Of a DNA stretch of 64,000 nucleotides, positions 16,602-26,567 are shown in pieces (position 1 is the stretch's first letter; every line of letters begins with the position of its first letter). The stretch spans positions 1,910-65,909 of the forward strand of contig JACRGF010000007.1 in the NCBI GenBank assembly GCA_016212395.1. Direction: 5' to 3'. The position numbers and the translations under genes are program-made. The notes below the pieces were generated by a model, which did not search any database, was not told the DNA's origin, and saw only the letters and a program-made list of their open reading frames with translations. Origin of the DNA: Candidatus Micrarchaeota archaeon. GTDB taxonomy: Archaea; Micrarchaeota; Micrarchaeia; Burarchaeales; JACRGF01.

Positions 16602-17552
16602 TTATTTTATTTCCTTCAACGCTTTAGCTGCTTGTTCTGGCGGGACTTGGTTGATTATTATGCCTGTCGAGTGTTCGAAGCCAGCCCATTTCGCGAGCTG
16701 GAGGCACACGTGCACGTGAAAATGAAAATCTATTTTGCTTGAAAAAGGTGCAGTGTGGAAGTAGTAATTGAACGGCGGGTTTCCGAGCAAGCAGTCGAGC
16801 TTTTGCAAGACAGCCCGCAAAGCAATAGCCAAGTCGCGCAACTCAGCCTCGTTGAAGTCAAGAAGGCTCTTTGCATGCCTCTTGCTTAGAATGGTGCACT
16901 CGAAGTAAAACGTTGAAGCGAACGGGCAAAAACAAATGAACGAAGCGTTCTCGAAAAAAATTCGTTCACGTTCAAGCTTTTTCAACGCGCAGAAACCGCA
17001 CTTTTTCTTTTTCCTCTTGAACTCCTTACAAGCGCCAATCTCCTCGCGAATTACAGGAGGAATCTTGTCAACTGCAATCAATTGAGTGTGCGTGTGCGCG
17101 ATGGACGCGCCAGCAGCCTCCCCCTCGTTCTTGAAAATGGAAACGTACTTTATGCGCTTGTTTTTTTTCAACGCGCTCAAGCGCTCGCAGTAAAGCTGAA
17201 TAAAGTTTTTTACTTGCCCGAGAGGAAGCTGGGAAAGCCTCTTGTTGTGATCCGGAGTTTCAACAATAACCTCATGCTTTCCGTACGCGCGCGAAAAGCC
17301 AGGGGAAGTAGCAGTGAACTTATTGGGAAAACAACGCGCAGACCAGTGAACTGAATTCACGTCGCACACTCGAGAAATTTCAGGAGGAGTCAAATGCTCG
17401 TTGCCAGGGCAGAAAAAACAATTCGAAGAATGCTGCTGAGGCTCGCACGGCGCGCACTTAAAATCATTCGGACGCTTGCCCCTATTCGCTGCAACCAACA
17501 CCCACTTGTCGAGAAGAAAGTCTTTCCGCAACTCGTTTTCAGCATTGCCCAT
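16602..17552 (-). CDS. galT: Galactose-1-phosphate uridylyltransferase family protein (HIT superfamily)
   Basis: Zn motif CFFCPGNE and active site HTHTQL. I placed the start at the internal MGNAENELRKD. Confidence 0.8.
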   Translation of the reverse strand: MGNAENELRKDFLLDKWVLVAANRGKRPNDFKCAPCEPQQHSSNCFFCPGNEHLTPPEISRVCDVNSVHWSARCFPNKFTATSPGFSRAYGKHEVIVETPDHNKRLSQLPLGQVKNFIQLYCERLSALKKNKRIKYVSIFKNEGEAAGASIAHTHTQLIAVDKIPPVIREEIGACKEFKRKKKKCGFCALKKLERERIFFENASFICFCPFASTFYFECTILSKRHAKSLLDFNEAELRDLAIALRAVLQKLDCLLGNPPFNYYFHTAPFSSKIDFHFHVHVCLQLAKWAGFEHSTGIIINQVPPEQAAKALKEIK

Positions 17553-17649
17553 GCTCAAACAATTTGATTGACAATTATAAAAATGTTCTGAAAATATTGC
17601 CGGCACAGAAGTAGTTTTGAATTTGCGCGCTGGCGCAGCCCAAGGCGAG

Positions 17650-17922
17650 TTAAACGTTCAACTTCCATTTTTCAATAATGCTGAAAATCTCGTTTTTCCT
17701 CTCGAAATTCAAGCGGACTTCCAAACCATAAGAAGTAGGTTTTCTTACAAGAAGGCCGTCTTTAATCAAACTCTCTCCAGCCCTGACTATTTTGTCTTTC
17801 AAATGTTTTGGCGCGCCTTTTGAAATATTGTCAAAACTTGTGTGCTTTGCATTCCACCAGCCATGGCGAACGAACTTGTCCAAAATCCAAGGAACGAAAT
17901 CGCTGTCTTTTAAATCAGGCAT
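17650..17922 (-). CDS. Hypothetical small protein
   Basis: The start was trimmed to MPDLKDSDFVP to avoid overlapping the divergent neighbour. I recognise no motif. Confidence 0.35.
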   Translation of the reverse strand: MPDLKDSDFVPWILDKFVRHGWWNAKHTSFDNISKGAPKHLKDKIVRAGESLIKDGLLVRKPTSYGLEVRLNFERKNEIFSIIEKWKLNV

Positions 17923-17986
17923 CGCTGTACACCTTAGGATACATTGAACGTATACGATTATAAACATGCTTTTTCTTAATAGACGC

Positions 17987-18310
17987 ATGGAAACATCGTT
18001 GTTCGTTGAATTTTTTGGAGACACGCCATTCATTCGAGTAGTTGATTTCCTAATTGAGAACAGCATTTTTGACTACACGAAAACAGAGATTGCCGAAAAC
18101 GCGGGAGTTTCCAGGGCATCTTTGTATAAAGTGTGGGCAGTGCTGGAAGGGTATGGGATAGTGAAAGAAAGCAGGCGAATTGGAAATACGACGTTGTATA
18201 AGTTGAATAGCGGGAACGCAGTAGTCAAAAAGTTGATTGAAGTGGATTTGAAAATAAACAAAGAGTTCGCTGAAACATTAGTGAACAAACAAATTGCAGT
18301 GCGGACGTGA
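17987..18310 (+). CDS. Winged-helix transcriptional regulator
   Basis: Sequence METSLFVEFFGDTPFIRVVDFLIEN...YTKTEIAENAGVSRASLYKVW. A TATA-like gattataaaca lies about 29 nt upstream. Confidence 0.5.
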   Translation: METSLFVEFFGDTPFIRVVDFLIENSIFDYTKTEIAENAGVSRASLYKVWAVLEGYGIVKESRRIGNTTLYKLNSGNAVVKKLIEVDLKINKEFAETLVNKQIAVRT

Positions 18311-18314
18311 AAAC

Positions 18315-19829
18315 TTATAAGAACGCTTCCACGTCCTGCTTTTTCTGTTCTTCCACTTGCTCGAATTTTTTCGCGAGTGATTCAAGCGTTTCAGATTTTG
18401 AAGCGTTGCGCGAGCGACGCGAGCGGATTTTCACGAAAATCGGGTAGGAAACAGCCTCGCCGAGAATAATCGCCTCGCCAACGCGCAGAGTGCTAATCGC
18501 GTTCGCCATGTTCTGGTCAATGCTCTCGCAACTCTCAGCAATATGCTTCACGTCGTAAGGGTTCGTAATGCGGAAGATAATATTGGAATTGCACTGGGAA
18601 AGCGCAGTAGTGGAAAGATACTTCGGGCGCTGGGAAATCAAGCATAAGCTCGCGCCGAACTTTCTCCCCTCTCGCGCAATCAAATTAATCACAGGCTTTG
18701 AAAGCGCTTCAAACTTAGACAACCGCTCTGGAGCAAAATTATGCGCTTCCTCAACAAGCAAAACGAACGGCGGGATTTTGCCTTTCTTTCTTGCCTTGAA
18801 CAGCCTGCGCGCAAAATAAGCGACAATCAACTGCTTGCGCTTCGGGTTGTCCAAATCACTCAAGTCCAACACGCACAGCCTGCCTGGAAGCGCGAGTTGC
18901 TTCAACGAAGGATTGTCCGCCTTGCCAAACAAATTAAGAGCCTTCAACTGGTGCAAGTGCGTGAGCAGAATAGGCTTTACGTTCTCCTTAATCTCGCTTT
19001 CAGCAACGCGCTGGATAACTTCAGGCAAGTCGAACGGCTCCTGCTTGTCCTTCATCTCGCGCTTCAAATCATAGAGGATGACTTCCAACTCCCTGCGCGC
19101 AGAACCAGAAAGCTCTGGAACGAATTCAGCAAGCGTCTGGGGGGAAAGCTTGTGCAACGCAATCTTGATTTTCTTGCCTTGAAAAACACTCGCCCTGTCC
19201 CCATACTGGCCTGACGCAAAACCAACGTACTCGCCGTGAATGTCCACGATGACAGACGCAATCCTGCCGTGCTCAGGCTTGCGCTCAAGCAACTCTTCAA
19301 TGAGGCAGGACATGAAATAAGATTTTCCACTTCCCGAAATTCCGAGTACGCTCAAGTGCTTCTGCAATAAATTATTCATTTTCACTTTCACTTCAACGTC
19401 GTGGTTTTGAAGCTTGCCCAAATTCAAGCCGTCATCAACAAAACCCAGGAACCTGCGCAACTGCTCCTCGTCAGCAGAAAAAACTTTCTCTCCCGGAGCA
19501 GCAGGGAAAGTGGAACGCAAAAGAAAATCGTTTTGAAACACGCCTAATGCTTTTACGCACGCGACAGTGTACTCCCAGTCAGTGGTTGGAAAGTTTTCAG
19601 CAATAGGCGCAGAACGCGAGTACTCTGCAACAGACTCGGCGCGCTCGAAATACCTGTTCGCGCGCGTAATGTCAGTAACAGCACCGAACAACAAGCCGTC
19701 GTCAGTGCGCGTCTGCACAAACTGGCCTTTGCGCACCCTGCTCGAATTAACAACAAAATGAAAAGCGCCAGTGCTCGGATCCTCGAAAGTAGAAATAACA
19801 GTGCCCAACTCTATTTGACTGGAAGCCAT
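18315..19829 (-). CDS. herA: HerA-type hexameric DNA helicase/translocase (FtsK-HerA superfamily)
   Basis: 504-aa ORF with Walker A LGISGSGKSYF and Walker B FVLLVEEAHNF, plus a HAS-barrel-like N-terminus. Confidence 0.85.
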   Translation of the reverse strand: MASSQIELGTVISTFEDPSTGAFHFVVNSSRVRKGQFVQTRTDDGLLFGAVTDITRANRYFERAESVAEYSRSAPIAENFPTTDWEYTVACVKALGVFQNDFLLRSTFPAAPGEKVFSADEEQLRRFLGFVDDGLNLGKLQNHDVEVKVKMNNLLQKHLSVLGISGSGKSYFMSCLIEELLERKPEHGRIASVIVDIHGEYVGFASGQYGDRASVFQGKKIKIALHKLSPQTLAEFVPELSGSARRELEVILYDLKREMKDKQEPFDLPEVIQRVAESEIKENVKPILLTHLHQLKALNLFGKADNPSLKQLALPGRLCVLDLSDLDNPKRKQLIVAYFARRLFKARKKGKIPPFVLLVEEAHNFAPERLSKFEALSKPVINLIAREGRKFGASLCLISQRPKYLSTTALSQCNSNIIFRITNPYDVKHIAESCESIDQNMANAISTLRVGEAIILGEAVSYPIFVKIRSRRSRNASKSETLESLAKKFEQVEEQKKQDVEAFL

Positions 19830-19907
19830 GAGAAAAAAATGGTTTTAAGAGTATAAAAATGTTGTGAGGGGAGACAGCCAGTGGGAAAAAAGGAAAAAAA
19901 ACAACTA

Positions 19908-19965
19908 TAGCAAACCACGAAAGTAATGCGACACGAGTATAGTAACTCCTTCTCGTGGTTTGCTA
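19908..19965. other. 13-bp perfect inverted repeat (TAGCAAACCACGA ... TCGTGGTTTGCTA) with a 32-nt loop
   Basis: Read directly from the sequence. On the minus strand it is followed by the T-tract tagttgttttttttcctttttt. This is a candidate terminator or the 3' end of an ncRNA between the kinase gene and herA. Confidence 0.4.
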
Positions 19966-20138
19966 GACGCAGAGTCGAACACGACGAAGTCGGGTAAACA
20001 AAATTACTTTTCGGCTCTGCTGTAAACGAATGCACTCTAAAAAATGAATGCGGCTCATGCCACGTTTTTTAGGTTTTTTTGCGATTCTCTTCGTGCAGTG
20101 AAATGAGTGGGCATGCGAGGAATTCTTGCCTTCAACAA

Positions 20139-21353
20139 CTACAATTTTTCCACAACGCTTTTCTTTTCATGCAAAACAGGCAAAGCAAATTTGAATTGCT
20201 TGCCTTGAAGGAATTGCGTTAGTTCAGAGAGTGTTGGGAAACATTTTTTTTCTGCTTCCAAGCGAAAGCATGTTGAAGCAGTGCTGAACAACAGGCATTC
20301 TTCAACGCTTAACTGGATTGGCGCTTCAACGTCGAGCAGCCTCTTGCGCACTGCCAAAGCCAATGCGAGCGCTCCGCACAATGTATCACCAGCGCCAACT
20401 GTCCGCCTTGCCTTCACTTCAACAGAAGGAATCCTTCGAGAAGAAGTGTGAGAAATGATTTGAGAGAAATTCTTGGTGTGGAGAAGAATGGGGCAACGCA
20501 AACGCTCGAAAACAAACAAAGCAGCCTCTTCAACCTTCCTTTCCTTCCAGCCGAGCAGCTCGGCAAACCTTTTCGCTTCAACCTCGTTCATTGAAAGCAA
20601 GCCAATCAACGAACGCGCGCCAATGCGGGCGCTTTCAAGCAATTCCAGCATTTGCTTTTCAATTTTAGAATCGCTTCCACTCGTGCAATCCACCATCATC
20701 AAACCTGAGAAACTGGCTTGCCCTTGCTTCACTGCCTCAACCAACCCTTTCAACGCAGGAGAACGCAAGGAAAGAAAACCAAGCACGCCCGCAGTTTCGA
20801 GTTTTTTTCCTGCAGTTGAAGCAAGCTCTTCAAAAGAATGCTCTCGAGGCTGAGGTCCGCGGAGAATAGTGTTGTCGCCAGCCTGCTCTACCACTAAATT
20901 GAAAGACTGGTTGTCGCTCTCGTCGAATAAAACAAAGTCTGTTCGCACTCCGTTCGCTTCTTTTGCTTCAACGTCTCTCACCAAATTTCGTTCAATCAAA
21001 TCGCGTTCATCATTCCGAAAAACTCGAGTGGCGAGAAACGTTTTCAAGCAGGATTTGCCAGCAAGAGTCGCGCATGCTTTCGAAGCAATGCCTCCGTGGC
21101 CCCCGAACCTGACGCTCAAGCAAAAGCCATCCAAACGCTTTTTTTCAGCAACAGGACCGAACGCCTTTGAAGCATCAGCATTAGGAGGAATGGCGACAAC
21201 GCCATCGCGCACTACGTTGGAAGCGAACAAAACTTCCAAAAAATTGTTTGTTGAACTGAGGTGCACTAGAGCGTTGGCCATCTTTTCAACTACTTCAACT
21301 GCCTTATCAGCATCGCTCACGCAGAACAAGAACAGAAAGCAGTATTTAAACAA
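20139..21353 (-). CDS. ADP-dependent sugar kinase family (glucokinase/phosphofructokinase-like, ribokinase fold)
   Basis: The motifs SMNEVEA (NExE) and the C-terminal RTVGAGDTL (GxGD) have the spacing expected for ADP-PFK/GK. The start is uncertain. Confidence 0.55.
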   Translation of the reverse strand: MFKYCFLFLFCVSDADKAVEVVEKMANALVHLSSTNNFLEVLFASNVVRDGVVAIPPNADASKAFGPVAEKKRLDGFCLSVRFGGHGGIASKACATLAGKSCLKTFLATRVFRNDERDLIERNLVRDVEAKEANGVRTDFVLFDESDNQSFNLVVEQAGDNTILRGPQPREHSFEELASTAGKKLETAGVLGFLSLRSPALKGLVEAVKQGQASFSGLMMVDCTSGSDSKIEKQMLELLESARIGARSLIGLLSMNEVEAKRFAELLGWKERKVEEAALFVFERLRCPILLHTKNFSQIISHTSSRRIPSVEVKARRTVGAGDTLCGALALALAVRKRLLDVEAPIQLSVEECLLFSTASTCFRLEAEKKCFPTLSELTQFLQGKQFKFALPVLHEKKSVVEKL

Positions 21354-21417
21354 CTGTAATTAGCGAGTATATAAAAGAAAACAAGAACAGGCTTGCCAAA
21401 CAAAAAGATTATCGTAA

Positions 21418-21888
21418 TTACAGCCCGGCTTGTTCTGCTTCAGAAGCAGGCACAACAGCACCATGCGCGTTCAACGCAGCATAAATCGCGTGGCATGCTG
21501 CTTTGTCTGCGTCGCGCATTTTCTCGTTTTTCATTCCGTAAAAAGCAATCACCAAAACATGCACGCCGCGATCACGGCAGTTCGCATCAGCACCGTCGCA
21601 AAGCATGCGTTCAACGCCATCAACATTCATTTTTTTGACTGCGTCAATCAAGCGAGCGTTCAACTTGAGTTTACGCTGAGCATCTTCAGCCACGCCAGCT
21701 CCAGCGGAAAGAAGCAGGCCCACTAGAGGAGCATCAGTGTTTCGTATTGCTTTGGAAAGCGCGCGTTCAGGATCAAACTCTGCCTCTTTTCCAAGCGCAC
21801 GCGCGAACCAAGCAGGAGTTCCGCCAGCTGAAGCTATTGCCTGAAATTGTTTTAACTTTGCAGGAAGTATGCGCTGTTGAATGCTCAT
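21418..21888 (-). CDS. Ankyrin-repeat-like protein
   Basis: 156-aa ORF: AIRNTDAPLVGLLLSAGAGV ... LIDAVKKMNVDGVERMLCDGADANCRD. Confidence 0.5.
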   Translation of the reverse strand: MSIQQRILPAKLKQFQAIASAGGTPAWFARALGKEAEFDPERALSKAIRNTDAPLVGLLLSAGAGVAEDAQRKLKLNARLIDAVKKMNVDGVERMLCDGADANCRDRGVHVLVIAFYGMKNEKMRDADKAACHAIYAALNAHGAVVPASEAEQAGL

Positions 21889-21950
21889 AAACTCACAAGA
21901 TAATTAACGCGTTTCTGCAATATAAATGTATGCGCGTGCAAACCGTCCAT

Positions 21951-22994
21951 TCACCTGAACGGCCTGTTGTTTCTCCTCAACTTGAGCGAGCTTGGGCTCA
22001 AGCCAGTGTGCATGCTCAACTCTCGGTAAGCACGCTCTAACTCCATTGGCTCGAGCGCAGCGCGCAAGTCTGCTTCAATCAACACTGCAGGGTAAGCATA
22101 CTTCTTGTTTATCGCCGAGAGAGACTGGACGACGGAAGCGACTTTTCCGATTTCAGCGTTGGAAAAAAATTCTATGCGCACGGGCTGGTCTTCAACAGCA
22201 GGCTTCAAGTAACAAACGCACAGTTTCTCCCCTATTCCCCCAAAGTCTTTCAACACTTGGTGCTCGCGCGGAGAACGAGAATAACGAAAAGCAAAACTCC
22301 TCTCTCCCTGCTTCAGCAGGAAATTAAGAAAAATAGTGTCATTCGAACGATCGAGCACGCTATTATTGCCGGCAATTCTTGAAACCAGTTCGATGAAGCG
22401 CTTGCCCCTGCTGTCCTTAATCACGCCGACAATCGCGCACTTGCTTTCCTCGCAGGTGGAATAGAGCTGCTTGTGCAAAGAAACAACTTCACAGTAATAG
22501 TCGTAGAGCGGATTGTCTTCGCTCGGCTTGTCTGAAATCTGGGGAACGAGCGAACCGTCAACAAACAAAAAACCAGGCGCCCATTTTTTCACGCACTCAA
22601 TCGAACACTCTACTTCCTTCTTCAACCGGAACAAAGACTTGTGCAAATTAAACTCGTGCGCTTCCAAAGAAAAAAGAGTGTCAGTATCAACCTGCGGGAG
22701 AGCGTTCGGATGGTACTTGTGCGAAGAGAGCTTGCCTTTCTCGTAAGAAAACAAAACACCGACAGCACGCGAAAGCACGAGGTCAAAGCCTTGGTACTCC
22801 TGCGCGAGCAACCCCCCGTCAACAGCGCAAACGCTCCCAGAAAACTGGAGGGGGGAAACAGAGTGAATTAGGTTTTTCTCCAATGCATCCTGAAAACTAG
22901 TCTCGCCAGTGCCGCGCAGGCTCTCTGCAAGCACGCGCCTGTCGCTTTCAAGCTGCTTGATGTTCTCGGCAATCTCGGCAATGCGTTCACGCAT
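21951..22994 (-). CDS. nurA: NurA 5'-3' nuclease
   Basis: Sequence VCAVDGG...FVDGSL... with NurA-like length. The start was set at MRERIAEIAE (the track ORF starts at 23036 and would overlap pth2). Confidence 0.7.
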   Translation of the reverse strand: MRERIAEIAENIKQLESDRRVLAESLRGTGETSFQDALEKNLIHSVSPLQFSGSVCAVDGGLLAQEYQGFDLVLSRAVGVLFSYEKGKLSSHKYHPNALPQVDTDTLFSLEAHEFNLHKSLFRLKKEVECSIECVKKWAPGFLFVDGSLVPQISDKPSEDNPLYDYYCEVVSLHKQLYSTCEESKCAIVGVIKDSRGKRFIELVSRIAGNNSVLDRSNDTIFLNFLLKQGERSFAFRYSRSPREHQVLKDFGGIGEKLCVCYLKPAVEDQPVRIEFFSNAEIGKVASVVQSLSAINKKYAYPAVLIEADLRAALEPMELERAYRELSMHTGLSPSSLKLRRNNRPFR

Positions 22995-23026
22995 GAATTT
23001 AAATGAGTGGGTGAAAAGATAAAAAC

Positions 23027-23389
23027 ATGCATTCAAATGAAGAAGTCAAGCAAGTCATCGTAGTGCGCAAAGACTTGAAAATAGGCAAGGGAAAGCTTGC
23101 AGCGCACGCTGCACACGCGAGCCTCGAAGCATACAAGAAAGCAAAAGCGAAAGACGAGGCGGCAGTTGAAGAATGGGAAGCGGGTGGGTGCAAAAAAATA
23201 GTGGTAAGCGTGGAGAATGAAAAAGAATTAGTAGAATTGTTCGAGAGAGTGAAGAAAGAAATCCCTTCAGCACTCATCAAAGACGCCGGGCACACGCAAA
23301 TAGAGCCGGGAACAATAACAGCGCTGGGAATAGGCCCGTGGAAAGAAGGGAAAATAAACGAGTACACTGGAAAACTGAAGCTGCTGTAG
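23027..23389 (+). CDS. pth2: Peptidyl-tRNA hydrolase, archaeal type
   Basis: Sequence KQVIVVRKDLKIGKGKLAAHAAHAS...IKDAGHTQIEPGTITALGIGP. Confidence 0.9.
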   Translation: MHSNEEVKQVIVVRKDLKIGKGKLAAHAAHASLEAYKKAKAKDEAAVEEWEAGGCKKIVVSVENEKELVELFERVKKEIPSALIKDAGHTQIEPGTITALGIGPWKEGKINEYTGKLKLL

Positions 23390-23439
23390 AAAGAAAAAAC
23401 AATTTTGAATTCGCATTTTCACGCGTGGAATTGCCGAAG

Positions 23440-24087
23440 TTATTTTTTTAGTTCTTCATCTATCGCTTGTTTCAGTTGCTCGTACGAAGCAGGCGTTTGC
23501 TTTCCGTTCACGAAAACAGTTGGCGTAGCGCTTATGCCAATCTTGTTTCCCTCCTCAATGTCCTTCAACACTCGCGCGAACGCTTCCTGGCCGTTCAAGT
23601 CCCGCTGAAATTTCTCGACATCCAAGCCCAACTGCCCGGCGTAAGAAGAAAGCGACGCGTCGTCAAACACGCCTTGGTTTGCGAACAGCAAATCATGGTA
23701 CTCGAAAAACTTTCCCTGCGCGCCAGCAGCCTCTGAAGCAACAGCAGCCCTTCCCGAGGACGGGTGAATCTGGTAAGGCAAGAGAGGATTGTAATTCTTG
23801 TCAAGAGGAAAATGCTTGAAGTAAACTTTCACTTTAGTGCCGTACTCCTTCTCTATTTGTTGAAGAGTAGCCGCAGAACGCGCGCAGTAAGGGCACTGAA
23901 AATCGCTAAACTCAACGAGAGTGACTTTCGCGTTTTCTCCCCCAACAAACGGCTTGCCCTCCAAATCAAAAGAAGAGACAACAAGAGGACTGCCCGTGCT
24001 TCCTCCTAAACCAAGGCAACCGAACAAAAACAAGCCGAGCACTACGCACGAGAAAACAAGAAACGAAAAACGCGAATCAAAAACCAT
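23440..24087 (-). CDS. Membrane-anchored/secreted DsbA-family thiol:disulfide oxidoreductase
   Basis: N-terminal hydrophobic helix and the thioredoxin motif FSDFQCPYCARS. Confidence 0.8.
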   Translation of the reverse strand: MVFDSRFSFLVFSCVVLGLFLFGCLGLGGSTGSPLVVSSFDLEGKPFVGGENAKVTLVEFSDFQCPYCARSAATLQQIEKEYGTKVKVYFKHFPLDKNYNPLLPYQIHPSSGRAAVASEAAGAQGKFFEYHDLLFANQGVFDDASLSSYAGQLGLDVEKFQRDLNGQEAFARVLKDIEEGNKIGISATPTVFVNGKQTPASYEQLKQAIDEELKK

Positions 24088-24088
24088 T

Positions 24089-24250
24089 CACAACCACCAA
24101 AACCAAAAACGTTTCGACTTGTTCTCAGTTGTTTCGACTCGTTTCGCAATACGAAGCAAAACCACTCGAAACAACTTCAAAACTTCCAAACCCCAAAACT
24201 ACAAAACTCCTAAACCTCTAATTTGAAACTCACAACCCCAAAAACAAAAC
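24089..24250. repeat. 162-nt intergenic repeat, copy B
   Basis: Near-identical to 12481-12642 and in the same orientation. It starts 2 nt upstream of the dsbA-like start codon. Confidence 0.85.
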
Positions 24251-24276
24251 TTCAAAACTCCTAAACTGAAAACTTT

Positions 24277-25563
24277 TTACTCTAAACACGCGAGAATCGT
24301 GCATTCCCATCCTTCTTCTTCTCCTTTGCAAATGTCCCTGACGCAGTTTTCGTCGAACGCGCTCACTGTCCCAGCGAATGGTGCAACGTCGTAATCGCAT
24401 TCGTCTATCTGCCTGTATGAAGCTTCAACTCCTGGCGTGGCTACTACTTGCACTGGGTTGCCTTCCGCGTCTGTCCGCGTTTCAGTCACTTCGACAACCT
24501 CTGCTACAAAGCATTTTTCCAGCCACAAGTTCACGTCGTCAGGGTTTAGTTTCCTGTCGTTGTTCAAGTCGTACTCGCACGGGTTTGGCTCGCAAATTCT
24601 TTCCGGCACTCTGCCCGTGCCTCCTCCGTCATCATAACAAACTCCTCCTGATTGGCAGCATTGCACGCTTCCAGACGCGCCCCAGCTGAAGCCCGGAGCA
24701 CAGCAGCCGTTCGTGCAGCCTCCTGACCTCCCGCTGCATCCTCTGCCTGCTGCAACGCATGCTGCGGGTGCAGTTCCCTCAACGCACACGCCGTTCACAG
24801 CGCAACAGCCTTCCCCGCCGTTCGCATCACAATCCCAAGTGCCTTCATCACAATCCTGCTCGCAGCATGCTCTTCCATTAATGCAGACTACTCTCGCGCA
24901 CTCTCCGAAAGAGCGCCCGCTCGCGTCCCTGCACGCAAAATCATTCGCGCCTACCGTGCTTTCCTTCCACGTCAAGCAAGCAGGGCAAGCTTGAACGCAC
25001 TGGCCTCCTGAATCTTTACAGCATTCTCTTCCACTATCCCACGTTAGCCCTTCCCCGCAACAGCCTCCCCATTCTCTGCAAGCTGCTGCGCCAGCATCGC
25101 ACGCGCGTTGTTCAGGGCAGAAGGCTATGCACGCTCCGTTTTCCACGCAGCACTTTTCAGCATCACTCCACGTTCCGCGCGGACAGCACCCGCTCGCAGG
25201 GCAGTACTCTTCTGCTGCAGGGCATTCCCCCGTCCTGCACAATCTCCCTGAATTAACGCATTCCCTCCCGCCGTCGATGTTCCTGCAGCAATCATTTATG
25301 CTGCTGTCCCACTCGTAACCCGAAGGGCAAGAGCACGCGCTTTCAATTCCTCCTTCTCGTTGCGCTTCAGCGCTGCAACACCCGCAACTGCTCGCGCTAA
25401 CGTCGCATTCCACTGTTCCAGCCCCGCATTTTTCAGGCTTTCCAGTAGTCGCGCACATTGTTGCAATCAACGCGAGGAGAATAATGCCTCCTACTATAAT
25501 GCCGAGTTTTTCTCCTGCTTGGCTAATGTCAAAGTCTCCTTTCAGAAAACGTTTTTCTTTCAT
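24277..25563 (-). CDS. Extremely Cys-rich surface protein (N-terminal TM anchor, CC-x-G-x-W-x-CC repeats, dockerin/EF-hand-like loop)
   Basis: 428-aa ORF with the anchor LGIIVGGIILLALIATM. Repeats include GCCPRGTWSDAEKCCVENGAC, GCCGEGLTWDSGRECCKDSGGQC and GCCAPGFSWGASGSVQCCQSGGVC. There is a Ca-loop-like DLNNDRKLNPDD. Confidence 0.6.
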   Translation of the reverse strand: MKEKRFLKGDFDISQAGEKLGIIVGGIILLALIATMCATTGKPEKCGAGTVECDVSASSCGCCSAEAQREGGIESACSCPSGYEWDSSINDCCRNIDGGRECVNSGRLCRTGECPAAEEYCPASGCCPRGTWSDAEKCCVENGACIAFCPEQRACDAGAAACREWGGCCGEGLTWDSGRECCKDSGGQCVQACPACLTWKESTVGANDFACRDASGRSFGECARVVCINGRACCEQDCDEGTWDCDANGGEGCCAVNGVCVEGTAPAACVAAGRGCSGRSGGCTNGCCAPGFSWGASGSVQCCQSGGVCYDDGGGTGRVPERICEPNPCEYDLNNDRKLNPDDVNLWLEKCFVAEVVEVTETRTDAEGNPVQVVATPGVEASYRQIDECDYDVAPFAGTVSAFDENCVRDICKGEEEGWECTILACLE

Positions 25564-25670
25564 TGAGAAAATTCTTCTCGCGCTTTATTTATTAAACATT
25601 CTTCTCTTCCAGCCTGCAATTCACCAAAAAACGTGTTTATTCTTTAATCTCTTGCATCAAAACAATTCTC

Positions 25671-26474
25671 ATGCGCGCGACAATAATTTACTCTTCCCAA
25701 GACATCGCCGGAGTCAATATAGCAAAAAAGCTAGTTTCAGATTATTCTTTCCAGCAGGCTTCTTCAGTGAACGATTTTCCTGCTTTCAAGAATGGAGGCA
25801 CGCTTCTAGTTGAAATTCCTTCGCGAACTGTCCACAGTGAAAACCTGTCGCTTCCAGGAGATTACTATATTTTTGCTTCAAGGCACGCGAGCGAGACTGG
25901 CAGGCCTTGCTTTACCGTGCACCCGATTGGCAACTGGGGCAAGGCAGAGTTAGGCGGGAGGGAAAAAACTATAGTCACTGCTTTTGCTTCGAAAATGAAA
26001 GTTGCTTTGCTGGAGTTGAACCGCTTGGCGGGTTTGAACAATTTTACTGGCCGGCTTGTTTGCTTTGAGGTTACACACCACGGCCCGTTCTTGGAAAAGC
26101 CTACTTTGTTCGTTGAAGTCGGCTCGAGCGAGCGAGAGTGGGTTGAAGAGCGGGCATGTTCAGTTGTTGCAGGCGCGATAATGAAGACAGTTGACTCTAA
26201 TGAAGAGTTCGATGCTTTTTTCGGGGCAGGTGGAGGGCATTACTCTCCTACTTTCACTAAAATAGGTTTGCTGAGCGAGTTTTCTTTCGGGCACATGATT
26301 CCCAAGCACGCTGTTGGCAATCTAGAGCAAGAAGTGTTCGCGCAGGCAATAGAAAAAAACGTCGAGCAAATTTCCACGTTGCTGTTCGACTGGAAAGGCT
26401 TGGTTGTCGAGCAACGTGAAAAACTCATGGGGTTCTGCAAAGAATTCGGGATAGACTGGGAAAAAGGGAAGTGA
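25671..26474 (+). CDS. dtdA: D-aminoacyl-tRNA deacylase, archaeal DTD2 type
   Basis: Sequence FTVHPIGNWG...FEVTHHGP...LFVEVGSSEREW, in a 267-aa ORF. Confidence 0.8.
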   Translation: MRATIIYSSQDIAGVNIAKKLVSDYSFQQASSVNDFPAFKNGGTLLVEIPSRTVHSENLSLPGDYYIFASRHASETGRPCFTVHPIGNWGKAELGGREKTIVTAFASKMKVALLELNRLAGLNNFTGRLVCFEVTHHGPFLEKPTLFVEVGSSEREWVEERACSVVAGAIMKTVDSNEEFDAFFGAGGGHYSPTFTKIGLLSEFSFGHMIPKHAVGNLEQEVFAQAIEKNVEQISTLLFDWKGLVVEQREKLMGFCKEFGIDWEKGK

Positions 26475-26567
26475 ATTAAGGCGCATTTCAATTCGCTCTC
26501 ATTAAACACACTTTTTTAAACGTTTTCTTCGACGTTATTGCGCTATTCGTTTTTGTTGGTGGTTTTT

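Noticed and set aside
12481-24250. The 11.6-kb segment bounded by the two direct 162-nt repeats, as an integrated mobile element
   Set aside because: The interior is core metabolism and information processing (trpD, ilvE, galT, herA, nurA, pth2) with no integrase. The repeats more likely belong to a dispersed family than to att sites.
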